A DNA stretch of 64,000 nt from Opitutia bacterium (GTDB lineage: Bacteria > Verrucomicrobiota > Verrucomicrobiia > Opitutales > T3Sed10-336), in NCBI GenBank assembly GCA_050506795.1, contig JBJHCF010000024.1, forward strand, positions 16,358-80,357. Reading direction: 5' to 3'. The notes beneath the pieces were generated by a model, which saw only the letters and a list, made by a program, of their open reading frames with translations, did no database searches and was not told the origin of the DNA. A program made the translations under genes and the position numbers. The stretch's first letter is position 1. Every line of letters begins with the position of its first letter. Shown piece by piece: positions 39,604 through 49,806 of this stretch.

Positions 39604-41508
39604 TTACCGGCGCAATTCCGTGCGCTGTTTGAGCTCCTCCTGCCAGCCGGGCTCGTAAGCCGTGATACGCCAGCCTTCGTCTCTGTAGCCCTGGAGCGTG
39701 AAAAGAACGGCGTAGCGACGATGACGGGCATGGATGTGTCCCCAGTGCTCGACGGTGCCGGTCACCGTCCAAACAGCGTCGTATTGAAAAGCCCGGAGGG
39801 CGCCTTCATCCGCCGCCGCTTCTTTCAGCTGTCCGTTTTCGAGTTCGAGCGCCTCGACGCGGGGCAGTGAACCGCCTTGGTCGTCCATTGCAAGTTTTTG
39901 CCGGATATAGAGATAAATCTCTTCGCGGAGCGGGCCGGCAACGCTCTTCGCCAGCGTGTCGTAAATGTCCTCTTCGCTCCGGCGTTCGAAGGCGCGGTAA
40001 ACGTTGCGGTGGAGCGGCTCGAATATTGCGCGGGCCTCCTGTTCCGACAGGGGTTCGGCACGGGTGAATGGCTGCGGAACCGAGGCACGCGGTCCGGTCG
40101 TGCCCCAGACCGCCACCACCGCGCTGCTCAGGCCGACTGCCAGCATCATAATCCGCGATGCCGGTGTCCCGGCAAACAGCAGGCCCAGGCCGGCAAGGAC
40201 CACTCCGAAACCGCCCGCAATCGTCACCAGCGGAAGTTGGAGGCGCGGAGGACCTTTGGGAGCGGGGATTGACTCAAGCGCGCCCAACTGCGGGGCCTCG
40301 GGACGCTGCCAGATGATTCGCCGTTCAAAAGCATCGAGGTACCCCCGTTTCAGTTCTCCGTCGTAGGGATAGATGCGGGGCGTCAAATGGTCCATGTGCC
40401 GGTTATAGAAATCCCATTCAAACTCTACCTGACGGGGCGGCTCCGCGGCGGGAAACGAGGCGATGATTCCGGCGCGCGCGCCGTAAATGCTGACGTCGAC
40501 TTCGGGCGCCTGACGTGCGAAGTCGCGATGTCCGGGGCCGAAAAACTCGAGTTGCACCAGCTCGGGCGCGACAGGATTCCCGTTGATTTTCACCCGGTTG
40601 TGCTCCCGCAAAAAAATCGTCATGTCCTTCTCGACGGCGCGCTGCTCCGCGACAGTCAGTCTGTCCTCAGACTCTCGCTCGATCGAGAACCAGCTTTCGA
40701 GCGTAAGGAAGGGGACGAGGATCTCGTGCCGTACTTCGCGTTCGTTTATATAGATGTAATTGTAAACCCACGAGTAGCTTGTGAGCCCCAGTCCATCGTC
40801 GTCGCGGAACTCAGCCAGGAGCCTTTTCTGTTCCTGTTCGTCCTCCGTCGCTTTGAGGCGCTCGAAGTCAATGTCCCAGTCCAGTTCGTAAACGTGAAGG
40901 GTGCCATGGGCGAGCACCACCGGCTCGCGCATGTCCAACCCGCGTTGAAACAGCCGCACCCGCATCTCCGCCGGCACCGGCGGTTCGGTGCCTCCAAAAT
41001 CCTGATACACGCTGAGAAAGCTCGGTCGCTTCCCGGGACCGAAGGGCGCCTCATAAGCGTACGATACCGAGTACCCCATTAGATCATCCTGCGGAACTCC
41101 GCTCTCGGGAATATCGGTAAGGTCAATCGAAACAAGCTCCAACCCATATCGCTTTCCGTCCTGATCGCGCAGCGCGAAATGCCGGCTGAGAAACGCATGG
41201 TGGGCACGCGCGTTTTCAGCCACGGTTTCGAATGGAATCGGCCGGTCCTCGGCCGGCTCGAGATCCTGGAAAAAGAGGAAATCCTCCACCAGGTGTTCGA
41301 TAGTGACGGCAATTCTATCCTCACGAACGTCGATAACCGTTTCGCTCAGGGAGATCGGATGCGCGGTCGCGGAGGTCGTTGCGAGCAGGAACAGGCCGAC
41401 TCCGGACGTCGCAACCGCGGTCGCGATTCGCCTCGCGGACGGTTGGGCGGACTCCCGCCGGGCTTGGATCATTGGGGGATCAACCTCCCCGGGGCGACGC
41501 CGGGTCAT
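39604..41508 (-). CDS. Conserved hypothetical membrane-anchored protein
   Basis: Signal-like segment ending ATA-HPISLS, two late TM helices, C-terminal WTVTGTVEHWGHIH; abuts the upstream PHP gene. The start may be ATG 41472. Confidence 0.75.
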   Translation of the reverse strand: MTRRRPGEVDPPMIQARRESAQPSARRIATAVATSGVGLFLLATTSATAHPISLSETVIDVREDRIAVTIEHLVEDFLFFQDLEPAEDRPIPFETVAENARAHHAFLSRHFALRDQDGKRYGLELVSIDLTDIPESGVPQDDLMGYSVSYAYEAPFGPGKRPSFLSVYQDFGGTEPPVPAEMRVRLFQRGLDMREPVVLAHGTLHVYELDWDIDFERLKATEDEQEQKRLLAEFRDDDGLGLTSYSWVYNYIYINEREVRHEILVPFLTLESWFSIERESEDRLTVAEQRAVEKDMTIFLREHNRVKINGNPVAPELVQLEFFGPGHRDFARQAPEVDVSIYGARAGIIASFPAAEPPRQVEFEWDFYNRHMDHLTPRIYPYDGELKRGYLDAFERRIIWQRPEAPQLGALESIPAPKGPPRLQLPLVTIAGGFGVVLAGLGLLFAGTPASRIMMLAVGLSSAVVAVWGTTGPRASVPQPFTRAEPLSEQEARAIFEPLHRNVYRAFERRSEEDIYDTLAKSVAGPLREEIYLYIRQKLAMDDQGGSLPRVEALELENGQLKEAAADEGALRAFQYDAVWTVTGTVEHWGHIHARHRRYAVLFTLQGYRDEGWRITAYEPGWQEELKQRTELRR

Positions 41509-42609
41509 TTATTCAGGACGCTGCCGGACACCGAACGGTTGCGTGTAGGCGGTGCCGCCCTGGCCGCGGATTTCGACACGGAGGTAGTTGCCCAACCCCT
41601 CGGTGTTGTTCAGATCGAGCACGGACCCATGGTCCTGCACAACCTGCCCGCCCGCGGAAATCCACCTGTAGTCGTCCATTGGGACGGGTTCGCCGGCGGA
41701 CTCGGCTTCAATGGTCACGGTGCCCGCTTCCAGATCGTAGTCGATCCTCCTGATAACAGGCGCCTTGGCAAGATCGCGTTCGTCGCTGGGATGGGTCATT
41801 ATCGTCGTCGCGTAAAACTGCCCCCTGTACAGTGCCAGGCGGGCGCGATCCGCATCAAGACTCGGCAGGAGAAAGACGGTCGCATTGAGCCCGACATGAC
41901 CTGAGTTGTGGCTGTCGTCGTTGGCGAAACCCCAGATGCCGCGCCGTGGCATGAACTCCGTCAGAAGCGCGTCCCATAGCAGGCGGTCCTGCGGATAACG
42001 GTCGGTCATGTTGTGAATTTCCATTCCGATCAGGCTCGGATATTCTCTGAAGAGAGCGGCGTAATTTTCCAGAACATCATCGGGGATTTCTCCCTCCTCA
42101 TTCGGACTCCAATAACGTCCCGGATGGTTCAGATGAGAAAAACCACCCAACTCCTCATGTTCGGCGAGCGAGGTCTCCAGATCCCCGGTGGATCGATCGC
42201 GAAACGGTTGGGGATAACGAGTGAAGTGGCTGTTGACATGATGATGCCGGGAAAGCTCATTGGACACGATGGCAACCATGCCCAACTCGTCGGGATCGCG
42301 GCCGTAGGCCTGCCAGGGCCAGGTGACGTGGTTGTGGTCGGTGATGGCCAGAATCTCGAAGCCGGCAGCGTGATATTCGTCAATCACCTGATCCGGGTCG
42401 TTTTGACCGTCGGATTCGGTCGTATGATTGTGCAGGCTGCCCAGGTGCTGACCGTATTCTTCCCAGATCACTCCGTCGTAAGGGTTCTTGGTAATGATCC
42501 ACTCCGCCTCGTTGGTTTCATCCGCCAGGGAAAGGGAGCTGAATCCGCCGGCGATCCCACCTGTCAGCAATATAGCTGAAAAAATCTTATAGAATCGTTT
42601 GGTACTCAT
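41509..42609 (-). CDS. Secreted PHP-family metallohydrolase
   Basis: HNHTTESDG, ITDHN, NELSRHHH, NHPGR and DDSH motifs; signal peptide. Confidence 0.85.
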   Translation of the reverse strand: MSTKRFYKIFSAILLTGGIAGGFSSLSLADETNEAEWIITKNPYDGVIWEEYGQHLGSLHNHTTESDGQNDPDQVIDEYHAAGFEILAITDHNHVTWPWQAYGRDPDELGMVAIVSNELSRHHHVNSHFTRYPQPFRDRSTGDLETSLAEHEELGGFSHLNHPGRYWSPNEEGEIPDDVLENYAALFREYPSLIGMEIHNMTDRYPQDRLLWDALLTEFMPRRGIWGFANDDSHNSGHVGLNATVFLLPSLDADRARLALYRGQFYATTIMTHPSDERDLAKAPVIRRIDYDLEAGTVTIEAESAGEPVPMDDYRWISAGGQVVQDHGSVLDLNNTEGLGNYLRVEIRGQGGTAYTQPFGVRQRPE

Positions 42610-42817
42610 TAGTTCATTTCTTGAGTTCTATCGCTGGGAAAGCGGATTCGTATTAACCGATCTGACTTTGATCGGGTTGTTCGATCAGCCAAGGGTCCTC
42701 CATGTCCGGCGCGGTGTCAATCGGGATGCGCCGGGCAAGCAGTTTCATTGCGCGACCACGGGGTGGTTAAAAATGCCTTGCCTTGAGTCGTTTGCCAACT
42801 GAATAATCGTCTTTCTA

Positions 42818-44422
42818 ATGCATACAATACTGCTGTCTCCCGCCCGCTTTCGCTTCAGCCTCATGGTCCTCACGTTCGGCGCGCTCTGTTTTTCGCCGTT
42901 GTTGAACGGATCTGAGCCGCCGCCAGTCACACCTCCACCGGAGTCTTTTTTTCAGCTTGTTCGAGAGAACGATCGGGAGGTTGCCCGCGAATTCTACGAG
43001 AAGTATATCGACGTGAACGGGCTTCCAGTAGTCGCTTCCGGCGAAGTGGACGACCGGGCGCTGCAGATCACCTATTCCATCGTAACCCACATGCTGGCGG
43101 GAAGGCCGGATATTAACGAAGCCATGGCGGAAAACGGCATGTATCTGATCATAATCGGCGCCAAGCAGTTGTACACCGACATGCCGGAGTATCGGAATCA
43201 CCCGAATCCGGATTTTATGAATGAGCGGGTCCGGGGCACCGGGGGCCGGCCGACCAGTTTCGGAGAGGAGAATTTGCTCGGCTTGTCTTTGGATCGCTAC
43301 GACGACGAAAGCATTGCCGTTCATGAGTTCCTTCACACCATCGATTCCACCTTGCGCGGCATCGATCCCACCTGGACCGAGCGCCGTAACGCCGCTTACC
43401 GCAATGCGATGGATAACGGACTCTGGACGGGAGCCTACGCCACCAGCAACGCCGGGGAGTACTGGGGTGAGATCGGCCAGTCCTATTTCGACAGCAACCG
43501 TCCCAATAATTGGAATCACAATCCGGTGATCACTCGCGAGGCGCTGAAGAACTACGACCCGGTCGGTTATGAACTCGCGCGAACGGTTTTCAATTTGAGT
43601 CCGGAACAGGATTGGCGTTACTCATTTCCCACTCAACAGCCGTCGGTGGAGTCGCCGCCCGAACATTTCGATATCGATCCCTATTACACCAAGTTCACCT
43701 GGGCGCGGGAGTTCACCGTATTGGGACGTGAAGCGAGCGACGAGGCATTGCTGAAAGCGAACGACACCATCCGCAAGCTCTTCGCCTACCGGCATGATAT
43801 TCTCAAAGCCTTGATCGACGATGGCGTCAGGCTTGTGGTTCTCGGGGAAAACGAATCGATCGGCGACCTGCCTGAGTACGAGGAAATGAAGGATCTCGAG
43901 GGTTTTAATCCCCTGGCGCGCATTCTGTATTACCGGCCGGAGGCGAAACTGCTGGTTGTTGGGGAGGAGAACGTGATGGGGGATCCTTGGGATCCCTGGG
44001 TGGGGGAATCGTTCCTGATCCGCGTGATGGCGAAGGCGGTTTATGAAGTGACCGCGACGCGCCCGGTGGATCCCGATTGGGAAGATCGGGGGCGCGCGGT
44101 GCAGCAGTACGAATTGCGGGTTAAGCGTCTCGACATCGAATTTGACGAAAGGCTCGAAGCGATTCACTCCGCGGCGGTCGAGCAGGGTCTGTGGCGGGGA
44201 ACTCCCGGATACACCTGTCGAGTCGCGTATTGGGCGGATGCGGTGGGCGCCTATTTCGACGCCCGTCACAACGTTCCCGGACCCGTGGGTGCGGCCCATC
44301 CGATCACGACGCGGAAATCACTGAGGGATTACGACCCGGACCTCTACGACCTCGTTCGTGAAACCATGGCCTACGAGGGCAGGGTGGATTGGCGATTCAC
44401 GCCGGCACGATTCAACCGCTGA
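42818..44422 (+). CDS. Secreted zinc metallopeptidase with a tandem lethal-factor-like domain (second copy degenerate)
   Basis: HEFLH at 43322 plus YA.SN.GEYW; internally repeated domain, each copy ending R..L..YDP..Y.L. Confidence 0.75.
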   Translation: MHTILLSPARFRFSLMVLTFGALCFSPLLNGSEPPPVTPPPESFFQLVRENDREVAREFYEKYIDVNGLPVVASGEVDDRALQITYSIVTHMLAGRPDINEAMAENGMYLIIIGAKQLYTDMPEYRNHPNPDFMNERVRGTGGRPTSFGEENLLGLSLDRYDDESIAVHEFLHTIDSTLRGIDPTWTERRNAAYRNAMDNGLWTGAYATSNAGEYWGEIGQSYFDSNRPNNWNHNPVITREALKNYDPVGYELARTVFNLSPEQDWRYSFPTQQPSVESPPEHFDIDPYYTKFTWAREFTVLGREASDEALLKANDTIRKLFAYRHDILKALIDDGVRLVVLGENESIGDLPEYEEMKDLEGFNPLARILYYRPEAKLLVVGEENVMGDPWDPWVGESFLIRVMAKAVYEVTATRPVDPDWEDRGRAVQQYELRVKRLDIEFDERLEAIHSAAVEQGLWRGTPGYTCRVAYWADAVGAYFDARHNVPGPVGAAHPITTRKSLRDYDPDLYDLVRETMAYEGRVDWRFTPARFNR

Positions 44423-44453
44423 TTGACTCATAGCCACGAGCCCGCGGTCCGCC

Positions 44454-46028
44454 ATGATGCAGCATTTCCTCAAGACGATTGAGCGCGCCGGAAACCGCCT
44501 GCCGGACCCGGCGACGCTCTTCGCGCTGGGACTGCTCCTGGTCATCCTGGTCTCGCATCTCGCCTTTGTTTTCGACTGGGAAGTGGTCGAGCGCCGCCCG
44601 GTCGAAGTCACCCCCGGCGAAGTGCAGTGGGAGGCGACCGGCGAGGTGCACCGGCCCACCAGCCTGGCTACCTCCGACGGCATCTTCTGGGTGCTCAAGA
44701 ACGTCAGAAATCATTTCATCAATTTCCCGCCGTTGGGGATTGTCCTGGTTGGGATGCTCGGGATCGGGGTCGCCGAACGCACGGGATTTATTTCCGCCCT
44801 TCTCCGCCTTACCCTCACTCGTCTGCCGAACCATCTGCTGACACCGGCCACGATCTTTCTCGGAATTCTCTCAACGGTGGCGAGCGATGCGGGATACATT
44901 GTGCTCCCTCCGCTGGCCGCGATGGTTTACATTTCGTTCGGGCGCCCGCCGCTCGCGGGAATCGCCGCCGCGTTCGCGGGCGTATCGGCCGGGTTCAACG
45001 CGAACCTCATGATCACCACACTGGATCCCATGCTGGCTGAGCTCAGCCAGGAAGGGGCGCGGATAATCGATCCGGAGTATTCGGTCAGCCCGGTGGCCAA
45101 CTGGTATTTCATGATCGTATCGACCTTTGTCCTGACGTTGGCGGGTTGGTGGGCGAGCGAAAAGCTCGTCGAACCGACGCTGCGGTCCAACAACGGAAAC
45201 TCGATCGACGATTCTTCCACGCACGAACAACCCGACGAGGTGACGTCCTCGGAGGCCAAGGGGGTGTTCATCGCACTGGGTGCGACCGCGGTGTTTTTCG
45301 GAATCCTGTTGGCGACAATTCTGATACCGGGGGCGCCCCTTTACGGGACGATCGGAGAGGGTCTGGTGGCGCCGGGTGAGGATCCCGACTGGCAGCGTTG
45401 GTTCGTGGTGGTAGTGCCGCTTCTCTTCTTGGCCCTCTTTGTTCCCGGAGTGACGTACGGGATCCATCAGAAAGTGATTCGCAACGACAAAGATGTGGCA
45501 AAGCTGTTCACCGAGAGCATATCCGCCATGGCGCCGATTATCGTCCTGGCATTTTTTGCCGGTCAGTTTATCGGCTGTTTTGCCGAGAGCGGACTCGGCC
45601 GGATGATGGCCGAGTTCGGCGGCCAGTCTCTCGGACAAGCCGCGCTCCCGATTTGGGGACTGCTGGTGGTCTTTGTTTTTATCACCGGCGGCTTCAATCT
45701 GCTGGTCGGGTCGATGTCGGCCAAATACGCGGTGTTCGCCCCGATCTTCGTGCCGATGTTCATGATGGTCGGAATCAGTCCGGAACTCACCCAGGCAGCC
45801 TACCGTATCGGCGATTCCACGACCAATATCATCACTCCGCTGAATCCGTACCTGATCATCGTGCTGATGTTCATCCAGCGCTACCGTGCGAACGCGGGAA
45901 TCGGCACCCTGATCTCGCTTATGCTGCCCTACACCATCGTGTTCACCATCGTCTGGCTCATTATGTTCGTCATATGGATCTGGATCGGCATTCCTCTTGG
46001 CCCTTCGGGCCCGGTCGCGTATCCGTAG
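44454..46028 (+). CDS. AbgT family transporter
   Basis: IERAGNRLPDP, FPPLG, AFAGVSAGF.AN, YRIGDS.TN.ITP and MLPY. Confidence 0.95.
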   Translation: MMQHFLKTIERAGNRLPDPATLFALGLLLVILVSHLAFVFDWEVVERRPVEVTPGEVQWEATGEVHRPTSLATSDGIFWVLKNVRNHFINFPPLGIVLVGMLGIGVAERTGFISALLRLTLTRLPNHLLTPATIFLGILSTVASDAGYIVLPPLAAMVYISFGRPPLAGIAAAFAGVSAGFNANLMITTLDPMLAELSQEGARIIDPEYSVSPVANWYFMIVSTFVLTLAGWWASEKLVEPTLRSNNGNSIDDSSTHEQPDEVTSSEAKGVFIALGATAVFFGILLATILIPGAPLYGTIGEGLVAPGEDPDWQRWFVVVVPLLFLALFVPGVTYGIHQKVIRNDKDVAKLFTESISAMAPIIVLAFFAGQFIGCFAESGLGRMMAEFGGQSLGQAALPIWGLLVVFVFITGGFNLLVGSMSAKYAVFAPIFVPMFMMVGISPELTQAAYRIGDSTTNIITPLNPYLIIVLMFIQRYRANAGIGTLISLMLPYTIVFTIVWLIMFVIWIWIGIPLGPSGPVAYP

Positions 46029-46149
46029 GCATACGACACCGCGCCGTTGGCGTTGCGGCGGAAAGGCCGGTCTGGTTGAACCCTCTGTGTCTCCGTGCCT
46101 TCGTAATACTATAACAAAACAGGAGCAGACATAATCGAATCGCATCGGA

Positions 46150-46215
46150 TCTTTCCCTGGAGGGCCATGCTCCCGCATGGCCGCCGACCTGGGAGCGCGG
46201 CCCTCAAAGGGAAGA
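46150..46215. repeat. Long GC hairpin / REP-like inverted pair between convergent genes
   Basis: GAGGGCCATGCTCCC...GGGAGCGCGGCCCTC, flanked by TCTTTCCCT/AGGGAAGA. Confidence 0.5.
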
Positions 46216-46231
46216 GCGGATCGCATTCAGG

Positions 46232-47797
46232 TTAAACGATCGACTGCTTGATTCCGAGCGGGTTGGCGTCTTGCAGTTCCGGTGGAAGGATGGACTGGGG
46301 TGCGTTTTGCCAGGCGACCGGCCGGCAGAAGCGGTAAATGGCCAGAGTGCCGACGGAAGTGCTTCGGCCGTCGGAGGTGGCCGGGTAGGGGCCGCCGTGG
46401 ACGATGCTGGCGCAGACTTCGACCCCGGTGGGAAACCCGTTGAAGATGAGACGTCCCGTTCGTTCCTTGAGGGCGGTGACCAGCCCCGGCCGAGAGGCGA
46501 TTTCCTCTTCGGTGCCGTGGATGGAGGCCGTGAGCTGGCCTTCGAGGGTGGCGATGGCCGCTTCGATCGCTTCCGGAGAGCCGCGCACCAACAGGCAGGC
46601 CGGTCCGAACATTTCCCCCTGCAGAGCCGGGTTGGCGGCGAAATCGGCGGCCGATACCTCGAGCACCAATGGTGCTCCCTGGTTTTTTTTGGCGGCCTTT
46701 TTGGCCCGGGCCACGACCTTCACTCCGGACTGTCCGGCGAGAGCCTCGGCGGCATCCGCATAGGTGCAGGCGATGGACGCATTGAGCATCACTCCCGGCG
46801 CGGCGTCCTCGACCAGGGCTTGCAGACGTTCAAGGAAAGCATCGCCACCGGTTTCCGGTAGAAAAACCAGACCCGGATTGGTGCAGAACTGGCCGACACC
46901 CAGCGTGAGGGATCCAAAGAATCCCTCGGCGAGCGCCCCGGCTTTGTCGCCCTCCAGGGCGCCGGGAAGGAAGACCACCGGGTTGACGGAACTCATTTCC
47001 GCGTAAACCGGGATGGGCCGCGGCCTTTGAGCGGCGGCTTCCATCAGGGCGGTGCCGCCGGCCCGTGAGCCGGTGAACCCGACTGCGTGGATCGCGGGAT
47101 GGCGCACCACGGAGAGACCGACTTGCCGGCCGCCGCCGAACAGCAGGGAGAACACACCTTCGGGCATGCCGGTTTTCCGGGCGGCTTCGTTCACCGCATC
47201 ACCGACGATTTCAGCCACACCAGGGTGGGAATGATGGCCGATCACGACGACGGGGCAGCCGGCCGCGAGCGCGGACGCGGTGTCGCCTCCGGCCACCGAG
47301 AAGGCGAGCGGAAAATTGCTGGGGCAGTACACCGCGACGGGACCCAATGGCCGGAACATGCAACGCAGATCCGGTTTGGGCAGGGGTTGGCGGTCGGGCT
47401 GGGCGCGATCGATGCGGGCGTCCACCCAGGAACCTTCCTCTGCCAGCGCGGCGAAGAGCCTGAGCTGGCCGGTGGTGCGCGCCGTTTCCCCGCGGATACG
47501 GGCTTCGGGCAAACCGGTCTCGCGCGGGGCGCGTTCGACGATGGCCGGAAGCGCGGCTTCAATGCCGTCGGCGATGGCGCGCAGGAAAGCCCCACGGGTT
47601 TTTCCCGGGAGGTCGGAGTAGGTGGCGAACGCCGATTCCGCCAATTTGACGGCGCGCTCGATTTCCTCGTCGGAGGCCCGGCTGTAAGCGGGCTCCAGGG
47701 ATTCTCCGGTTGTTGCGTCCAGGCCGTGACACCAGGCCGTGGTGGAGGTGGAGCGCGAGTAGCCGATGAAGGATTTGCCTTGGAGTGAAGTGGTCAT
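46232..47797 (-). CDS. NADP-dependent alpha-ketoglutaric semialdehyde dehydrogenase
   Basis: SNFPLAFSVAGGDTASALAAG, GFTGS, AEMSSVNP, GQFCTNPG and HGGPYPAT; lies in the Hyp cluster. Confidence 0.9.
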   Translation of the reverse strand: MTTSLQGKSFIGYSRSTSTTAWCHGLDATTGESLEPAYSRASDEEIERAVKLAESAFATYSDLPGKTRGAFLRAIADGIEAALPAIVERAPRETGLPEARIRGETARTTGQLRLFAALAEEGSWVDARIDRAQPDRQPLPKPDLRCMFRPLGPVAVYCPSNFPLAFSVAGGDTASALAAGCPVVVIGHHSHPGVAEIVGDAVNEAARKTGMPEGVFSLLFGGGRQVGLSVVRHPAIHAVGFTGSRAGGTALMEAAAQRPRPIPVYAEMSSVNPVVFLPGALEGDKAGALAEGFFGSLTLGVGQFCTNPGLVFLPETGGDAFLERLQALVEDAAPGVMLNASIACTYADAAEALAGQSGVKVVARAKKAAKKNQGAPLVLEVSAADFAANPALQGEMFGPACLLVRGSPEAIEAAIATLEGQLTASIHGTEEEIASRPGLVTALKERTGRLIFNGFPTGVEVCASIVHGGPYPATSDGRSTSVGTLAIYRFCRPVAWQNAPQSILPPELQDANPLGIKQSIV

Positions 47798-47811
47798 AAC
47801 GAGTAGAAAGG

Positions 47812-48717
47812 TTAAACCTCCGGCGCGTTGGCGAGGGCTTTTTTAATGGTGGCGGTGGCGACGGCGAGTTCCTCACCCTCCAGTTCGAGACGAGGCGGGC
47901 GCACCCGAGTATTGCCGAGACGGCCGCCGGTGGCGATCTGTTGCTGGAGTTTAAGTAACTGCACGAACTTGGGGACGGTGTCCATGCGCAACATTTCCAA
48001 CATCCACAGGTAGATCGGCATCGCTTCCTGAACCCGACCGGTGCTGCCGAGTTCGAAGAGCTTTACGTTGTGACGGGGAAAAGCCCCTCCCACTCCGGTG
48101 ATCCAGAACGAGGCGCCCATGGCGAAAGACTCCAGCGCGCAATCATCCACGCCCACCCCGATGGCCACCCTGTCGCCGCAGGCTTCGCGAATCCCGGCGA
48201 CCCGACGGACGTCGGTCGAGGATTCCTTGACTGATGCGACGTTGGGCAGTTCCGCAGCCAACTCCGCGATTTGCGCCGGGGTGAAGTCGGTGCGGTAGGC
48301 CACCGGATTGTTGTACACGATGCAAGGCAGGGACGTGGAGGAAATGACGGCTTTCATGTGCGCCTTCATCTCGCGCCAGTCGGTGGAGTAGAGGTAGGGC
48401 GGCAATACCATGAGACCGCTGCACCCGTTGTCCGCGGCCGCTTTGGCCAGGTCGACGGCTTCTCTTGTGGAGAGCGCGGCGATGCCCGGAATGATCGGTG
48501 TGTCTGGCAGAGCTTCGACGTAGGTTTTCTGCAGGGCCTTTTTTTCGTCGAAGGTGAGGGTGGCGCCTTCACCCAGGGAGCCGTGGGGCACGATGGCGGT
48601 GCAGCCGTTTTCGACCAGCCAGCGGCCGTGTTCGGCCATGAGGCCATGGTCGATACTGAGATCGGCGTTGAATTGTGTAAGCGTTGCGGGCATGACGCCC
48701 TTCCAGGAGATATTCAT
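47812..48717 (-). CDS. DapA-family enzyme, probable 1-pyrroline-4-hydroxy-2-carboxylate deaminase
   Basis: GSLGE, YNNP and VKESS motifs; lies between the Hyp epimerase and KGSA dehydrogenase genes. Confidence 0.85.
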   Translation of the reverse strand: MNISWKGVMPATLTQFNADLSIDHGLMAEHGRWLVENGCTAIVPHGSLGEGATLTFDEKKALQKTYVEALPDTPIIPGIAALSTREAVDLAKAAADNGCSGLMVLPPYLYSTDWREMKAHMKAVISSTSLPCIVYNNPVAYRTDFTPAQIAELAAELPNVASVKESSTDVRRVAGIREACGDRVAIGVGVDDCALESFAMGASFWITGVGGAFPRHNVKLFELGSTGRVQEAMPIYLWMLEMLRMDTVPKFVQLLKLQQQIATGGRLGNTRVRPPRLELEGEELAVATATIKKALANAPEV

Positions 48718-48747
48718 AACAGATGTACGTTTTGGTTTTAGACTGAT

Positions 48748-49716
48748 TTAGCGCGGTGATGCAATACCATGGCGAAAGGGGTCTTCAGGGTGAAAATAGT
48801 AGGTGGATTCTCCGGTAACCCAGGCCCATCCGCTGACCCTTGGCAACACTCTGCCGTTGGGGAGGAGTTCAATGGAGCCGTGAAATTGGGTTCCAAGGAT
48901 GCCGGCCTGTTTCCAGATCTGACCGGGCGCCAGTTTACCGTCGGCGAAGAGGCAGGCGAGTTTGGCGCTGGTGCCGGTACCGCAGGGCGAACGGTCGTAG
49001 GCGCCCCCCGGGCAAAGGACGAAGTTGCGGCTGTCCGCTCCGGAGCCCTTGAGCGGCTGAGCGAAAACCTCGATGTGATCGATTTCGGCGCCGTCGCTCC
49101 CTGTGATGTTACGGGACGTGAGTTGATTGCGGACGGCCTGGGTAAAGGATGTGAGCTTTTCAAGATGGGCGAAATCCACCGGCGGGCCCTGCCCCTCAAT
49201 CAGGAAAAACCAGTTGCCGCCCCAGGCGATATCGCCGCGAATCAAACCCCAATCGGGCACCTCCACTTCGACGTTCGCGGCCAGACGGTAGCTGGGAACG
49301 TTGGCCACTTCAACCGACCCGTCCTCGTGCAGGTGGGCGGTGACGACTCCGACCGGGGTGTCCAGCCGATGGGCGCCAACGGAAATATCGCCGCGATGGG
49401 CCAGCGTGGCCACCACGCCAATCGTCCCGTGAATGCACATGTGGAGGGTGGAGAGATTGTTGAAGAAGATGACACCGGTCAGGCAATCCTCTTCGTAGGG
49501 CTGGGTCAACAGTGCGCCGACCATGGCATCGTGTCCCCTTGGTTCCAGGCATACGGAACGGCGGAGCCAATCGTGTTCTTCGCGAAGGAGCCGGGCTCGC
49601 TCGGATATCGGTCCGGATCCCAGGTCGGGGCCGCCGGCGACGACCATTCGCGTCGGTTCTCCGCCGGTGTGCGAATCGATGACCTGAATCAGGGAGGTTT
49701 TCAGACCATTTGACAT
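48748..49716 (-). CDS. 4-hydroxyproline 2-epimerase (proline racemase family)
   Basis: DSHTGGEPTR, MCIHG, DIAWGGNWF and DRSPCGTGTSA (both catalytic Cys present). Confidence 0.9.
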   Translation of the reverse strand: MSNGLKTSLIQVIDSHTGGEPTRMVVAGGPDLGSGPISERARLLREEHDWLRRSVCLEPRGHDAMVGALLTQPYEEDCLTGVIFFNNLSTLHMCIHGTIGVVATLAHRGDISVGAHRLDTPVGVVTAHLHEDGSVEVANVPSYRLAANVEVEVPDWGLIRGDIAWGGNWFFLIEGQGPPVDFAHLEKLTSFTQAVRNQLTSRNITGSDGAEIDHIEVFAQPLKGSGADSRNFVLCPGGAYDRSPCGTGTSAKLACLFADGKLAPGQIWKQAGILGTQFHGSIELLPNGRVLPRVSGWAWVTGESTYYFHPEDPFRHGIASPR

Positions 49717-49806
49717 AAGGATACTATTTTAGCACGAGCATCTAGCTCAATTGGTCAGCGCCAACTTGCCAATCCGCACAATTTCTGTTTGCCTCCCGTT
49801 TCTGAA

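Noticed and set aside
46083..46097. CTCTGTGTCTCCGTG short repeat-like motif
   Set aside because: Single copy in the window; cannot be shown to be a repeat.
49736..49775. tRNA-like TAGCTCAATTGGTCAGCGC...CTTGCCAA
   Set aside because: No anticodon stem, T-arm or acceptor stem; lies in a divergent promoter and is probably coincidental.
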